Shown here: one piece after another, positions 46,751 to 62,680 of the stretch
How the letters are laid out: the number at the start of each line of letters is the position of its first letter
Numbering within the stretch: the stretch's first letter is position 1
From: the human T2T-CHM13v2.0 reference genome, Homo sapiens
Length of the DNA: 64,000 bases
Assembly: GCF_009914755.1 (NCBI RefSeq)
Contig: NC_060926.1
Direction: 5' to 3' (one strand)
Translations under genes and position numbers: made by a program
The notes under the pieces: model-generated
Database searches by the model: none
What the model was told of the DNA's origin: nothing
The model's input: the letters and a program-made list of their open reading frames with translations, nothing else

Positions 46751-49700
46751 TCATCAGCAAATAAGGGGAAATAGCAGTAGTTGGGTAGATGACAGCGAGA
46801 AGGGATAATGGGTGGTAAAGTCTAATGGCATAAACTTCAGACAGGTAAGACTTTTGAAAGAGGATAGAAGAGAAATTGGAAGGTGAGCTGGAGAGACACT
46901 TAATCCACCTCTAGGTTAGGGGATCTTGGGGTTATGAACAGAGTCGTTACTCAAAGTGTTTGACAACTCATGTGAAATGGTAACCTGCTGATGTCGGTGT
47001 TCCATCAGGAGCAGGGTTCTGGGGGCCTTTTGTGAAGCTAGATGTTAACTCTTTAATCTCTTGATCATAGCTAGTTGTCAACTGGTTGAGAGGTATTTTG
47101 ATACTTTAGCAACTGCCATAGCCATCCTTGTTTATACTGGCTGAAACTAGACCTAAGTATGAGAATATAGGGCCATGTGTGGTGTCTCAGGCCTGTAATC
47201 TCAGTGCTTTGGTAGGCCAAATGGGAGGATTACTTGAGGCCAGGAGTTCTATACCAGCCAGGGCAACATAGTGAGACCCTATCTCTATGAAAAAAAAAAA
47301 AAGTGATAATATAACCAAGCTTCTCTTTATATGATATGGGAAAATAGTGTTATTAGTGTTCAGCATCTGAAATTCAGGTTAAATCTTACTTTCTTTATGT
47401 TTTCAAGGTTTAGTTTGGTGAAAGGAACACTCAGAGAAGAGAATTTAATGGAATTTGCTGGGGATAGAGTTTAAGTACCAGAGGGCAGAGTGGGAGGGAG
47501 GGAGGCCTGGGAAGGTGAGAGATGGGGAAGATTGGTCTTCTGGTGATGACTGAGGAAAAGAGGGCTGTGGAGCATGCTAGGGTTAGTCCTGGTGATGTCT
47601 TGGGGGAAATTGGGTAGGTACCATGTGGCAGCTCCTGTTGCTTAGTGGCCAGGGGTGAGCAAAAGCCTTCTTAGTGTGTCTGTAGCCTAGGTCATCTCCT
47701 GAAGACGTAGTGGCCAGTTGGAGTATAAAGGCCTCCTTGGGGACCAGCTGCCCTTCAGTGGCTGATAGCATGAGGTGCTCTTAGGGCCTCTTCTCAGCCA
47801 TGATGGTGGTGTAACCCTGGGGGAGAGGGAGGGGTCTTCTGTTTGAAGGACTAAGGACTGCTGCTCCCAGGGAGCAGTCATCTTAGCAATTCTCCCTCCA
47901 AAATGGATTTGGACTTCGTGCTGTCCCCTCTGTAATGACTGTGGTTGTCTTAGTATGGACTCTCAGGAGTTGCGTCCAGTCTCCTGACTGCCCTGAATCC
48001 AGTCTTCTGATTTCCTTACTCCCAGATTCATGTTCTTTTAGTTTATCTGTCAAGACTGCTCTGGAAAATTAGGAATGAGAGAATGGTCTTTTAAGTTCAA
48101 CCATGGTTCTATCTAATCCTACTAGGAATGTTATGAAGATGAATGTAACATATATAAATTGACTAGCACAGTCCTTATAACACAGTATGTAGCCAAAGCA
48201 TATGCTTAAAGCCTTCTTGACAATCCTTTGTCTAATGACAAAGTCCAAATTCCTTTGACTCGTATATAAGATTTCCAGTGATTCTTCTGCCTTGCTCTAT
48301 TGAGTTTCATTGCCTCCTTACTTAGGATTACTCATTCCACCCTATGCCCTAGTCAGACCACACCCTCTTGTTCTTGAAAATGATGTGTTGTCTTATACCA
48401 TTATGTCTCTGCTCATAGTCACTCTGGACATAGTACACCTTCACTGTTAAAGTTACATATTGCCTTCCCTAGAAACCTCCCCTGATGCTTCCTGCCTTCT
48501 CTTTCCTTCAGGGGTAAGTAATCCCTTAGCGCCTTGTCCTTATTTTTATCATTTTTGTTGTGTTAGAATGCTTCTCTCTAAGCCATTAGTTTTTTAAAGG
48601 CAGAAACCAGTAAGTGATTCATCTTTGTTTACCCATGGTCTAATACAGTAGGTGCCCACAAATGTTTGTTGAGTAAATGAAAACTCACTGCATATTTGAG
48701 TTTCCATATTGCCTTTGTTTGGTGAAATCTAAATTATATATTTTTTGCTTCTTTCTTTTAACAGTGCAGGAAATTTTTCTGATGAAGTAGTAGATGAGTG
48801 CAGAAAAAAACTGATGTCCATGTAGTTATTTAGGATGGGAAACAGACTTCATCCTGTGTTCTTTTCCTTCTACTGAGTGACTTTTACTGCTTGATTTATC
48901 CAGTGATTTTGCTCACTATTGCCATTGTTTTTTGGTGAATTGTAATCATTAACGTTTTCAGTGGTACACCAAAGAAATGCAAACAAATGTGATTTTCTGG
49001 TTGTTTAATTGGGCATTTTCTGGTGCCCACTTAGAATTGTGGGATTGGGGTATGGAGCATTCTAGAATGTTGGTGAAAAGTCTAGTCCTTTAGGTTTCTT
49101 CAAATGTTGGTCTTCTTGGGCCAGGCGCGGTGGCTCACATCTATAACCGTAGCACTTTGGGAGGCTGAGGTGGGCAGATCACCTGAGGTCAGGAGTTTGA
49201 GACCAGTCTGGCCAATATGACGAAACCTTGTCACTACAAAAATACAAAAACTAGTCGCATGTGGTGGCGCACAACTGTAATCCCAGCTTCTCTGGAGGCT
49301 GAGGTGGGAGAATTGCTTGAACTTGGAAGGTGGAGGTTGCAGAGATCACACCACTGCGCTCCAGCCTGGGCAACGGAGTGCGACTCTGTCTCAAAAAAAA
49401 AAAAAGTTGGTCTTCTTGATCCTACATGAACTAATTAATTCTGTATTCCAAAGAATTAAGATAATGCAAATCAGATGGCAGCAGAATGAATCAAGTAAGA
49501 GTGGGAAGGGCAAATGTGAAATGAGGGGGCAGGAGTGAGTCACTCTTTTGTGTAGATGGATAGGGAATGCTGGAAAGGGGAGGGTGAAGGTGGGTTGGGG
49601 GCTGTGGGAGAGTCTGAGCAATAAGGAGATGGCGTAGCATGGGTAAAGGTGGTTTGGGCGACACAGTGGTTAGCAAGCTCTGTGGTTAGCATGTTCTGCA

Positions 49701-50842
49701 TGAGTGACCAAGCAAGGCCCATTTTGGCACTTGAGATGGGATCACTGACCCTCGTTCCCCAGTTCTCATTGTAAGGTTAAACAAAGATGCAGTGTATGCT
49801 TTCATATTTTGAGATTAGGGTATCATTCTAGAAGGGACACATTCTTGAGAAATAGCTTGATTTCTTTAAAAAAAAATTGACTCATAGACTGTTTCCATGG
49901 CATTTTGATTTTTTATTAGTATTTTTTCCTAAGGTACTTAGATGGTGTCCAGAGTTTGTGACAGAGCCAGAAAGCAACTCCCCACCTTCTCTGAAATAAA
50001 AATAAATACCAAGAAGTACTATTCTAAATAGAGGACCAGAAACTACTCATATGGGTCAAAGTTGTCCCAATGACTTGGGTTAACTCAGGCCACAAACCTT
50101 TGCTCAGGCTTCTTACAGGGAATATTTTTAATCTGCCAATTGACAGACTACTAGAGATAGAGGTATAAACGTTGGACTCCATGTGATTAGAGCCTGATCT
50201 GAAGGGAAAATCCTCTTGCCTCCTTCTGACCTCTGTAACAGGTAATCTGTGACCCAGAAATAGATCTGCATTAGATGTTGGGCTTGATATGGGTTTATTT
50301 TTGATAGAACACTCTGAAATAAGAGTGTCCATTCTATTTGAGTGAATGTTTATTTGGGGGAAAGATGCTAGAGATATGCCAGAAGAGGCCGCCTGCCTGT
50401 GTCTTTTCAGGGAAACAATGGGATTTATTTCCCCAACCTGTGAGTGTTAAGTGTACTTGGTTGTTCAGAACAAAGTGCTGGTTAGGCCAAAGCAGGGTTG
50501 TGGCCCGATGGAAATTGGTTGGTTGCTTTTGCTCTCTCGTAACAATAGTCTTCTATATCCCAATTCCACGTGCAAATGTGGACAATGTGTGAAAAGGCCA
50601 GAGCTTATTGTAGATGCTCAGTAATGTTATGTATTAGCAGTGGGAGTTGTTGGATAGCAGATGTATTTTTATGCTTTACTTATATTACCTCGAATTCTCA
50701 GTATAACTTGTGACAAAAGAGATTTTATAAATGAGGAAACTAAAGCTCATAGTCACACAGCTAGTAAGTGGCTAAGTTGGAATTCACCCAGGGCTGTCTG
50801 TGTCTTCTGTCTCCTACACTGGCTGCCTCCTGCACTGAATTT

Positions 50843-52476
50843 TCTCCTGGGTGTCATTGGTGTCATTTGAATATGCCGAGGACAGCAGCCTAGGACTAGC
50901 AGGTCCCTGGCTGTGCCTATAGGAGTAGCTGTGTTCCTGCAGGCAAGCACTAAATTATCACAGGGTGGGGAGAGAGAGGGAATGTTGGCCCCCATTTTAG
51001 GATGGTCTGTCTCTTCTCTGTGCATCTGTGGACTTCCTTTAGGGCCTGGCACAGTGGAGGGGCCCCCTGGGTGTGTTAACTAAAGAGATTCTGTAGTTAT
51101 GGAGTTGAAATTTGGGAAACACCCAATTCCAGGAAGGTTGATCAGCTTTGCAGTTTCTGGTTTGATTTGTTGTTGGGATTTCCAGTGTTGCATTAAAACT
51201 GCAAATCCCCGAGGGGCTGTAATGTGCAATAACTAAAAATGTAGGGCGAGTTTAGGTGCAGCTTAACTCAAGCTTAAATGGTTATTGTGTCCCATGCTCA
51301 AGGCAAATTCATTTTAGTTAGGGTGGAGATTTTTCTAGAATGAGGCAGATAATTCTGTGACATTTTCCAGTTCTTACTCAAAGATTCCTAATAAATTGTA
51401 AAGGCAAAGTATTCTTTTTCTTTTTCTATATGGGTCTTTTACTGTAGTTCATTAAAGATGAGAAAAAGTTGTATAACAGGAAAATCACTCAAGTAATGGT
51501 CAGATGATATGGGATTTGGTCAAATGTCAGCTATCCATCTGCATGGTGCTCTTTGGAATTCTTTTTTTTCAGGTCTCTTTCTCTTATATGCATGCACACG
51601 TATATTCCACATTTTTTTCTAATTACAAGAATAATTCATGCTTATTTTAGACATCTAGAAAATAATGCACACAAGGAAGAAAATAAAAATGATTCATAAT
51701 ACTACCATTCAAAGATGAGATTTTTAACATTTTGGGGTATATTCGTCTAACCTTCACTTGTGAGTGTGTATGTGTGTGTATGTACATATACTTTAAAATA
51801 GAAATATATATATATATACACACACACAAAGATACTGTTTTATTTACTTTTGTTCTCTTCATAATTAATTTTCTACTTGTCCGTTACCCCATCTCTATCC
51901 AGAGTGTACTTAACTCAGAAAGGATTAATTCCTACAAGGTGAAGAAATTCTAGAATGTCTAACTTATTTAAGGGTGCCATTTATTTTTTTAGACTTTTCT
52001 TTATTATGATTCTTTTCAGTATGAAATTGTTGCTTTTTCAAGTCAGAGTGGGTTAAGGGGATGTTGATGGCAGTCATTTGGCATGGTGAGTGACTTACGC
52101 CTACTGTCCGGTTTAGGTGGTAAAAATGGCAGAAGGCCTTGGAGTGCCAAAGGCAAGGGTTATGGGTCCAGCAGTACCATGAAAAAGGGAATATAGGCTG
52201 GGCGCGGTGGCTCACACCTGTAATCCCAGCACTTTGGGAGGCTGAGGTGGGTGGATCACGAGGTCAGGAGATTGAGACCATCCTGGCCAACATGGTGAAA
52301 CCTACTAAAAACTACTGAAAATACAAAAATTAGCTGGGCATGGTGGCGCATGCCTGTAATCCCAGCTATTTGGGAGCCTGATGCAGGAGAATCGCTTGAA
52401 CCAGGGAGTCAGAGGTTGCAGTTAACTGAGATCATGCCACTGCATTCTAGCCTGGCGACAGAGCAAGACTCCGTCT

Positions 52477-52513
<37 letters not shown>

Positions 52514-53946
52514 AAGAAAAAGGGAACATATAGAAGATCTCAATCTTTTACGTAAGGACATTGAAGTCCAGGGAAGTCTGATGGCTTTGTTCAGGCTGAG
52601 ACTATCGTAGGGTAGACTGACATCTCAGGTTGCTGACTGCCCATTCTGTAATCTCTGCAGAGCACTTGGCTGCCACATAGTATAATCTGAAAAACTGGCA
52701 GCTGCCAGACGAATGACTGAAGGAGTAAGCTCAAGTGCACTAGGTGAGGTCAGGCCTGAAGGTCATTGGACTGATACTGAACCTGGCGTTTTGACAGGAA
52801 TCCTATTAGAAATGCCACTTAGTCACTTGCCTCCTGACTGCTTCATGGTAGGAACAGAGGCTCAAACTATGGCCTGAATTTTTTGGATTAAGTTTAAGTT
52901 TTACTTAATATTATCCCAATTTTATCTCAGACATTATCTCAAAATTATTTCAAAATTTATGGTTGAAGAGAGGCTGTTGAGTATAAATTGCTAATGTACT
53001 CTGCTGAATTCCATCAGCTATGTGATTTGACTGAGAACAGTACGATCCTAGCCCACTGGGGTCTGGTGAATTGCATCTGCTCAGTCAGAGTGTTCCTTGA
53101 GCTGGAATTGAAATGCATGGCCCTTTAGTTTCCAGTGTGATGCCAACACTTCAGGCAATTGACTTTTGCTCTTCAGTCTCCAATAGGGGGAAAATTATGA
53201 AATAAAATGGGGATAGGCCAGGCATCCTCAAGATTCAAACCCATAAATATAAATAACTGTAATTAATCATATGCAGTCTCTCTTGCCTGTTGGAAATTTA
53301 TACTCAGCTGGGTCAATAAGCTTCACACAGCTCTTAACTTCCTGGCCTGTAGTTGGTGGGAAATGCTCTGGGTGCCTCAGCCTTTAGAGATGTGACCTAG
53401 GGTTCTTTTCCAATATGGGTCCAAAATCAGTGCAAATTATAATGAGTTGTGGGGTGAGAAAAGTCACCTGGAAACAACCCCAGCCCAAGGGGAAATAGAA
53501 ATATAAAAAAGACTTCTGTTGGCATTTAAGAGGCTCTCTTAGATGACACTGTCTGTTCATTGTTGTTAGCCTGTTAGACTGAGTGAGATGAACAGTCTTT
53601 CAAGTATGTAAGTTCAGTACATATTTACATTCAAGTTTATCCCTAAAGTATTTGTTTCCCTATTATAGAATCTTGTAGATTGCAGTTGGTATTTTTGCCT
53701 GTTTTCTCATATAATTTGTTAACTCTTTCCCCCTCTCCCATTGTGTCCTTTTTTCTATACTTGCATCTACTCATTATGAACATGGCTAATGGTATCCTAA
53801 TGAAAAAGCAACCCTCTCTCTCTCCTGGGGGTCATTGGTGTCATTTGAATATGCCAAGGATAGCATCCTATCACTAGCAGGTCCCTGGCTGTGCCTGTGC
53901 CTATAGGAGTAGTTGTGTTCCTGCAGGCAAGCACTAAATTATCACA
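50843..53946 (+). repeat. Dispersed ~120-bp direct repeat (50843-50962 and 53821-53946)
   Basis: TCTCCTGGG.GTCATTGGTGTCATTTGAATATGCC...GCAAGCACTAAATTATCACA in both copies. Confidence 0.95.
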
Positions 53947-54314
53947 TTATCTCTCTCTATCTCTTTTTTTTTTTTTTTTGAGACAGGATCTCACTCTGTT
54001 GCCCAGGGTGGAGTGCAGTGGTGGGATCTCAGCTCGCTGTAGCCTTGACCTTCCAGGCTCTACTTTTACTCTTATTACCCTAAAAGGCATCCTCTGTACT
54101 GCAGCTAGGGCATTTCTTCCTTTCTTTCTGAAATATAAGTTTCATCGTATCATTGTACTGATTAAAATTCTCCACTGACTTTTTTGTTTGTTTGTTTTTG
54201 AGACAGGGTCTCACTTTGTCACCCAGGTTGGTGTGATCGTGGCTCACTGTAGGCTCCAACTCCTGTGCTCAAGCAATCCTCCTGCCTCAGCCTCCTGAGT
54301 GGCTGGGACTATAG

Positions 54315-54488
<174 letters not shown>

Positions 54489-55063
54489 TAACCTATTATT
54501 TCATCTTTATTTTCTCCTAGTAATTCTCACTTTCAAAATACTTAATTTTTATGTTTGTTTACATGTTTATTTTTGTCTTTTCCAATCCATGAGAGTAGAG
54601 GAATTCCCAGCCCCTGGAACAGTGCTGGGGATCTGCCAGGTATTCAGTCAATCCCAGTTGAATGTATGTTACCTGAACCAATGCTCCTCCTCCTGTCTTC
54701 TTCACTTGGGTAGGTCCTTCACGGATACTTTCCTGAGTATTTGATGGAACTCTTGCTTTGGTTATATTCTAAGAAATTACAATTTTAATCTTTCCTTTGC
54801 TATTGGTATGTTTTCAATAAGCCAGTTCTCAAGGAATTTTCGAGTTTTTTAGAAGCAGCAGATGGATTTTTTTGGTCCATTTATCTGCAAATATTTCTTT
54901 AAATGCAGGAGAGCACAGAAAAATATACTAATTGTTTCTAGCACAGAAGCAGAGAGTGTTGCCATGTTTTTTCAAGATAATGTGGATCTATTCAGATGAG
55001 GTAGAATTGAAATAAGAATTTTCTTTTTCTAAGGCCTGGACTCTGTGCATGTACCTGGTTTGA

Positions 55064-55331
<268 letters not shown>

Positions 55332-55666
55332 TGATCTGCCTGCCTTGGCTTCCCAAAGTGCTGGGATTACAGGCATGAGCCACCGCACCTAGCCTGACAT
55401 TCTTAACTCTATGTAAGAGGCTGGGGTAGTTTGTTTCATTCACAGTGTGTACAGCAAAATCCAGATGTTTTCTAGTAAGCTCCACTAACCTGAAACACAT
55501 AAAAGAAGGGGGTAAAAAGATCCCTGAAGAGTTAGAGCCAGAACATTGAAAACCAAGTGTTAAAATTCTAGTAAGTAGCTCCTTTAGCCTTACTTAGAGC
55601 TATTTACTTGTATTTGAAACAGTTAAACTAACTTGGCTCTCATTTTTCTAACCACAGTGGTAACAA

Positions 55667-55770
55667 TGACGAGTTAATGGGTGCAGCACACCAACATGGC
55701 ACATGTATACTTATGTAACAAACCTGCATGTTGTGTACATATATCCTAGAACTTAAAGTATTAAAAAAGA
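55667..55770 (+). mobile_element. Short 5'-truncated L1PA 3' end
   Basis: GAGTTAATGGGTGCAGCACACCAACATGGCACATGTATAC...CTAGAACTTAAAGTAT plus A tail. Confidence 0.9.
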
Positions 55771-58700
55771 AGTGAGCTCAAAGATAAACAGGGAAGATTA
55801 TCATCAGCCTGATAGTTTGGAAGAAGCAGGAAAATTGTAGGAAGCAGAGAGAGGAAGAATTCATACAGGAACAGACTGGGACCTGAGACCACTAAGTAAA
55901 GGCATTAATAGTGTTGTCACTCCTATTATTCCTGAGGCCATCACCATATCATAGCATGTACATATGGATGGCTGTAAGTCGTCAATAATTGAATTCATGG
56001 TTAATATTATTTAAGAAGCCAAAGTGTGACTTACATTCTTGAAATATAGTATTTTAATCCAAAAGAATACAGAATTTTTTTTTTAACTGTATACTCCACT
56101 CAGATGTAAACTCTTGGAATGCAGGGATTTTTTTGTGTGTGTTCTTTGTTTGCTCAGTGCCTGACACATGATGGATGATCAGTAAATAATTATTAAATAA
56201 AACCATGAATGCAAGTTTTAATTATCTAACAGTGCTAAATAAATAGGACATTAAGATAATGCCACATTTAATGCATGAGGGTTGTTTCCCCTTCTTCATC
56301 TATTGAATGAAGAAAAACCATAAAGTAATAAACTTTTAAAGTTAAAATAGCTTTGGACATTTTGAAGGCTAGCTCATATATAGTTGGAGTGAGGATCAGC
56401 AAGTTCAAGTGATTTGCCTGAAATCGCAGAGCAAGTTAGTGGAAGAGACAGAATTACAAGCGTGTCTTTCCTTCCAGAATACCCCCTGATGATTTTCTTT
56501 TTTAATTTAGAGTTTTGGGAATACAACATAGAGAATTATATATTTTTGGGAAAGACTATAGAGTTCTTTTTTGAAAAAAAGATCAATGACAGCTTCAAAA
56601 GGAATATTGAGTCGAACCCTTTATTTTCTCTATTTATGCTATTTAAATTTTAGACCTGTCACCTCTGTGCTATTAGCTCTGTAGTGTTGATACCAAGCAT
56701 CTTATGCAGAATAACTAGACTATAGTACTTGAATGCTTTTCATGAGGGTTTGTGCTAGCCCTTTTAAAGAAGAAAAGAAATATCTTTTTCTTTAGTTTGG
56801 AAAGGATGCGTTATTCAACTGAGGAGAGTAAGATCTTATGACCAAGATCATTTTAGCCAAAATGACTGAGATAGAAATACAGCTTTCCTCATTATTTTTG
56901 CATAGGTGAAGGAAAATGTAGTATATTTTCTTCACTTTTTTTGGAGTGGGGATGGAGCATTTAGGAAATACATTGTTTTCACTTACTTTAAATGGGAATT
57001 TTGTTAGCAGTATGAATTACTTCAATCTGTTTCTCTCATCTGATTCTTATTTCCTTGTGAGTCAGACATTTTTAGGAAGTGTAATCAGTAAGCTAAATAT
57101 TCTAATACATGATTATTTTCACTACAGTACGTCTCAGGTTTCCTTTTTCATATATGCATTGTATCTGTACTTTGGCTCTTTGTTGTAGTTCCATTTATAC
57201 TTGTGGATTATTAGATGTACAGAGGAGTAAATTTTAAATGTAAATTTCAACAGGTTACAGGAGAAAAAAGACTGCAGGATGGAAAAACTAGTCAGCTTTT
57301 TTCCTAGGGATCTTCTCTCTGTTAAGGAAACAGAGTGACTGGTCTTCCCACCACAGCGCACTTCTTGATCTCTTATAACTCTCAGTCACCACTTATACAT
57401 TAAATATATGTGTAGTGATGTTTATAATAGAGCTGTATTCAAATTGAGAACTTTCTTTTACAATGAACTGAACAATAACTGAAGTTATTGTGCTATAACT
57501 AATTATTATTAAAAATTCAGTCATAATTTAAAAAAATAAGCTCAGGATTTCTTAAACCATCTTCAACAGATACTTCCCCAAATATATTTCTAACGGCATA
57601 TAATGCAGTTGCAACAGGAACTTTTGAAAGAATTGGTACATTTTCTTTTCTTTTTTTTTTTGAGATGGAGTCTTGCTTTGTTGCCCAGGCTGGTGTGCAG
57701 TGGCATGATCTTGGCTCACTAAAGCCTCCACCTCCTGGGTTCAAGTGATTCTCCTGCCTCAGCCTCCTGAGTAGCTGGGACTACAGGCACCCATCACAAC
57801 GCCTGGCTAATTTTTGTAGTTTTAGTAGAGATGGGGCTTCACCATGTTGGCCAGGCTGGTCTCGAACTCCTGACCTCAAGTGATCCACCCGCCACGGCCT
57901 CCCAGAGTGCTGGGATTACAGGCATGAGCCACCGTGCCCGGCCTGGACTTTGTTTTCTTACGAAACATTTTACAGTATGTATTCAACAGCCATGATTGTA
58001 GTTACTCTGTAAGGCTTTGTTAGTTTTAATAAATTTTGAGGGAAGGCTTGATATGTTTTAATCTTGACAGACATTTAAAACTCTTTGATTTGCAGCTTAT
58101 TTTATAGCAAGGTAAAGGACTTTTTCTTTTCTTTTCTTTCTTTCTTTCTTTCTTTCTTTTTTTTTTTTTGAGACAGGATCTCATTCTATCACCTGTGCTG
58201 GAGTGCAGTGGTGCCCTCATAGCTCACTGCAGCCTTGAATTCCTGGGTTCAAACAATCCTCCCACTTCAGTCTCCTGAGTAACTGGTACTACAGGCATGT
58301 GCCATCATGCCCAGCTAATTAAAAAGATTTTTTCTGTAGAGACAGGGTGTCGCTTCCCAGGTTGGTCTTGAACTCCTGGCCTCAAGGGGTCCTCCTGCCT
58401 GGGTTTCTCTAAGTCTGGGATTATAGATGTTAGCCACCCACCACTCCAGGCCTTTTTCTTGTTTTGATTACTGAAGTAGATTCTGTAACAGCATGTAAAA
58501 TGTAAAAAGAGCGTTTATGCTGCCAAAGGAATGTCAAACATTATCTTAACCCAATAAAGGGTTAGTAAAGGGGCGGAAAGACTGAAAGAAGCACAGGACT
58601 AGTATGGTCTGTTTGACTAATGAACTTCTTTTGAATGTTATCAATGAATGTGTTTCATTGATAACATTCCTGCCTCCTCAAGGCAGATTTAAAGTTTTTC

Positions 58701-61464
58701 TCCCTGTTGTGCTATCTCCTTTTCATGCTAAGTCAACCATTTCTTGTTAGTTGATATAAATGCAAGTTTGTTTAATTCTGTACTAGGCATGTTATCTACT
58801 CAGCTCCTTAACCTGACTTGTGTTTTTACAAGGGGTTGGCATTTTTGTGAAGGAATGCTTCAAGTTTTCACTTGGGAGGGACATTTTATTTTGGGGCTCT
58901 CAGGGTTACCCTCAATTATGTATATGGTAAGCAAAGAAGGCAGAGATAGATTTTAATGGAATATTAAAGATAGGATTGTACGACTTTAAACACAAATCCG
59001 TGAATATATCTGGAGTGATACAGAGTATATATTAACTTTGCTTTTAAAATGAATTTAAAATGGAATACAAATTCACTTGCGTGCACTAACTATAGTTCTT
59101 TATGACTTTTATAGCAATTATATGGAAAGCAAACATAATAGAAACTATTCTATTATGAATTAAGCTGTGGTTATTTGCATTTAATGAATATAATGAGCTT
59201 CATTGATTTCTTATAATTCTATAGTGAACCTCATGAAATAAAGAAAAAGGGTCAAATTTGTGACTATAGTTCCAGTGTGTATTTTAGAAATGGTAGAAAG
59301 CATAAGTATGTTATATGGCAATTGCCTTGGAAATGGCATATATTTTGTAAAAAATCGGGTCTTAAATAATGCATCACTACTAGAGTGCAAACGTGTATCC
59401 TTGTGTTCCTCTAAGGCTCCCTCCCTTTCAATGCATTTTTTGTTTTAGAGGACTTTGTGAAATAAATGCTCGATTAACAGTTATGACATTATTAAACTTA
59501 ACCCCCCATCACACATCAGAAATCCCATGTAATAATGTTTGCAACAAATTTTTTATAAACAGAGACTTTTAACTGGCTCACTTAAAATAGTTATTGACCT
59601 TATTTTCTCCTTCTTTTGTACCTTTTACTTGCATTTTTTGAACTCTGCCCCTGAAACTAGCTCAACTCGTTTCTTAGCCAGCTTCTCCTGTCAAGCTTCC
59701 AGGCTCCTGCCCTCCTTTGAGGCTGAGAAGTGGTCCTGGGCCAACCTCGTTCTCACTGTTGGTTTGCTTCTAAAATGATATAATTGACATAAAGGTGACC
59801 CAGGGAGACTCAGAATTTTCTAGCTTTACACTATGTGAATTGATATAAATATAGTGTTTATTTTCTTTCGCTTTCTCTTTGTTTCCTGATTTTTTTTTTT
59901 TCTCATTCTTCTTTATGGAAATACTCTTCCTCTGCTAAAATTGTTTACTTTCTCTTGGGCTGGGGTGGGCCCTTCTGGCAGTAATTGCCTGGGGAAATAA
60001 ATGGATTGGAAGTGAAAGAACCTGCCCTTCTTGGAAGCAGGCTGGCCTTTTGATAGGGTGTGGAAGTCAGGGACAAAGCTAGAGTCTGGATGCCTTCCCA
60101 GCAATGTGTGAGTGTGTTGCTTTAGCTTCTTCCACCACAGTCCAAAAATTTGTGTATTTAGAACCTGAGGATTATGTTTCACACATTTCTGTTGACTTTT
60201 ACTTGGTTTTTTGATTTATCTTGCGTTATCAGGATAATGCTTTTCTCAGTGACTTCGGAAAAGCCTTTTTGTTTGTTGTTTGATATCCTGTTCAGTGTAT
60301 ATATTCTTTACAACTATAGGTTGTTATTGTTGTGTTTGTGTGTTTTTGCTTTTGATATAATAGAGAAAAGGCTAAAGAAGGTGACGGAAGGATAAAAGTG
60401 TCTTCTGTTTTCTTAGGACTTGATACATTCACTTCTTTCCATAGGGATTGTCTTTTGTGAAGAACCCTTGGGTCAATTTCCTGTCCAGTCTTGGCCTAAA
60501 TCCTTTTTAAAAGCAACAACAACAAAAGAGGAGAATTCACCTTCAGTTTACAGAATAGACCTCCTCTCTGTTTCCAGAGAACAGGCTAATGTGCCTCTTC
60601 TGTTTGACTGTTTTGTTCATTTAGGTCTGATAGCTTTCAAAAAGTACACTTGAGGGCTCTCTGTGTGTTTCTGTAGGAATCACATGTGTAAGATACAGGT
60701 GTGTAAGTCCTTCTCTGCTTGGCTGGGGGGAATGCGTTTGCAGGCAGAGTACTAATCATGATCCCCACAGTAAAGTAAAACTTGGGGAAAGAGTAGTACA
60801 TGGTATGCTTTGATTGTTACTTGTCTGAGTAAGCACTGTATCAGCATATGTTTGGTGTGTCTGAACTATGAGATACCTCCTTCAAGGGAATTGTACAAAA
60901 CATTTGTTATCACATTAATTGGAATAATAAAAGGTTTGCTTGCTAAAACACATCTAGTTCAAGCCACCCAGTGATCTTGACTTTTATAGTTAAAAGGGTG
61001 CTGCTGGGAGGGAAGAGGCTTTTGAGCTCACTCCTTCTTCTGTTTTACTGTGGACTTGCTGTCAAGCTATCCATGATTACAGACCCGTTTGCTAGGACCT
61101 TCCCTGATGAGGTTCTATATGCTTATTTTGTAAGACTCATGCACTTTTCTTCAATAAGTCACTGGATTTGTATGCGAGTGTGAGGCCTGGCCCTCTGAGT
61201 TGTGCCTTCCATGGGTGTGACAGTGTGACACGACTCAAAATAGTTGAAGGAGTGGGTTTTGCATGCACAGCTACAGGAGCAGGTGGCTGCACAGATGAAG
61301 TGTAAGGAGCATTTGCTACCTTTGGACCACAAAAGGCTTAGGTAAAGGGCTTAGTGATTAAAGGGCTACCTCTAGGTTACATCTTGGGGTTTTTATTTAA
61401 TGTTTGAAATGCCTTGTACATCTGGATTTCTCAGTGTAGGTGATTGGAAGAGCATGGATCGCTT

Positions 61465-62402
<938 letters not shown>

Positions 62403-62680
62403 TGGGATGCCTTTATGTCTTGCTGGAGAATGCATGCCCCGAGGACAGCAAGGCTGGTCGTTGAAATTACTCTTCTGTAATTGATCTTTGAGCTGTACTC
62501 TCCGCCCCTCCATTGGTCATGCTTGTAAGGGATGGAGAGAAATATGCTTACTTCTATGCTGGCATAAGAATCAAAACCCTGAGAAGTTCTAAACTAATGG
62601 AGAGCATGGGGATTAGAAAGGTAATTGAGGTTTCTATATAAGAAACCAGAAAGATAGGAGAGTTTTTGTAAACATGAAGG

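Noticed and set aside
52745-52752. TGAGGTCA as a possible testis-promoter CRE/nuclear-receptor site
   Set aside because: No convincing adjacent exon or donor, and the motif is common; the testis promoter could not be located in this window.
57540-57645. [18 protein letters not shown] resembling a hAT dimerisation motif
   Set aside because: Too short and diverged, and no terminal repeats found.
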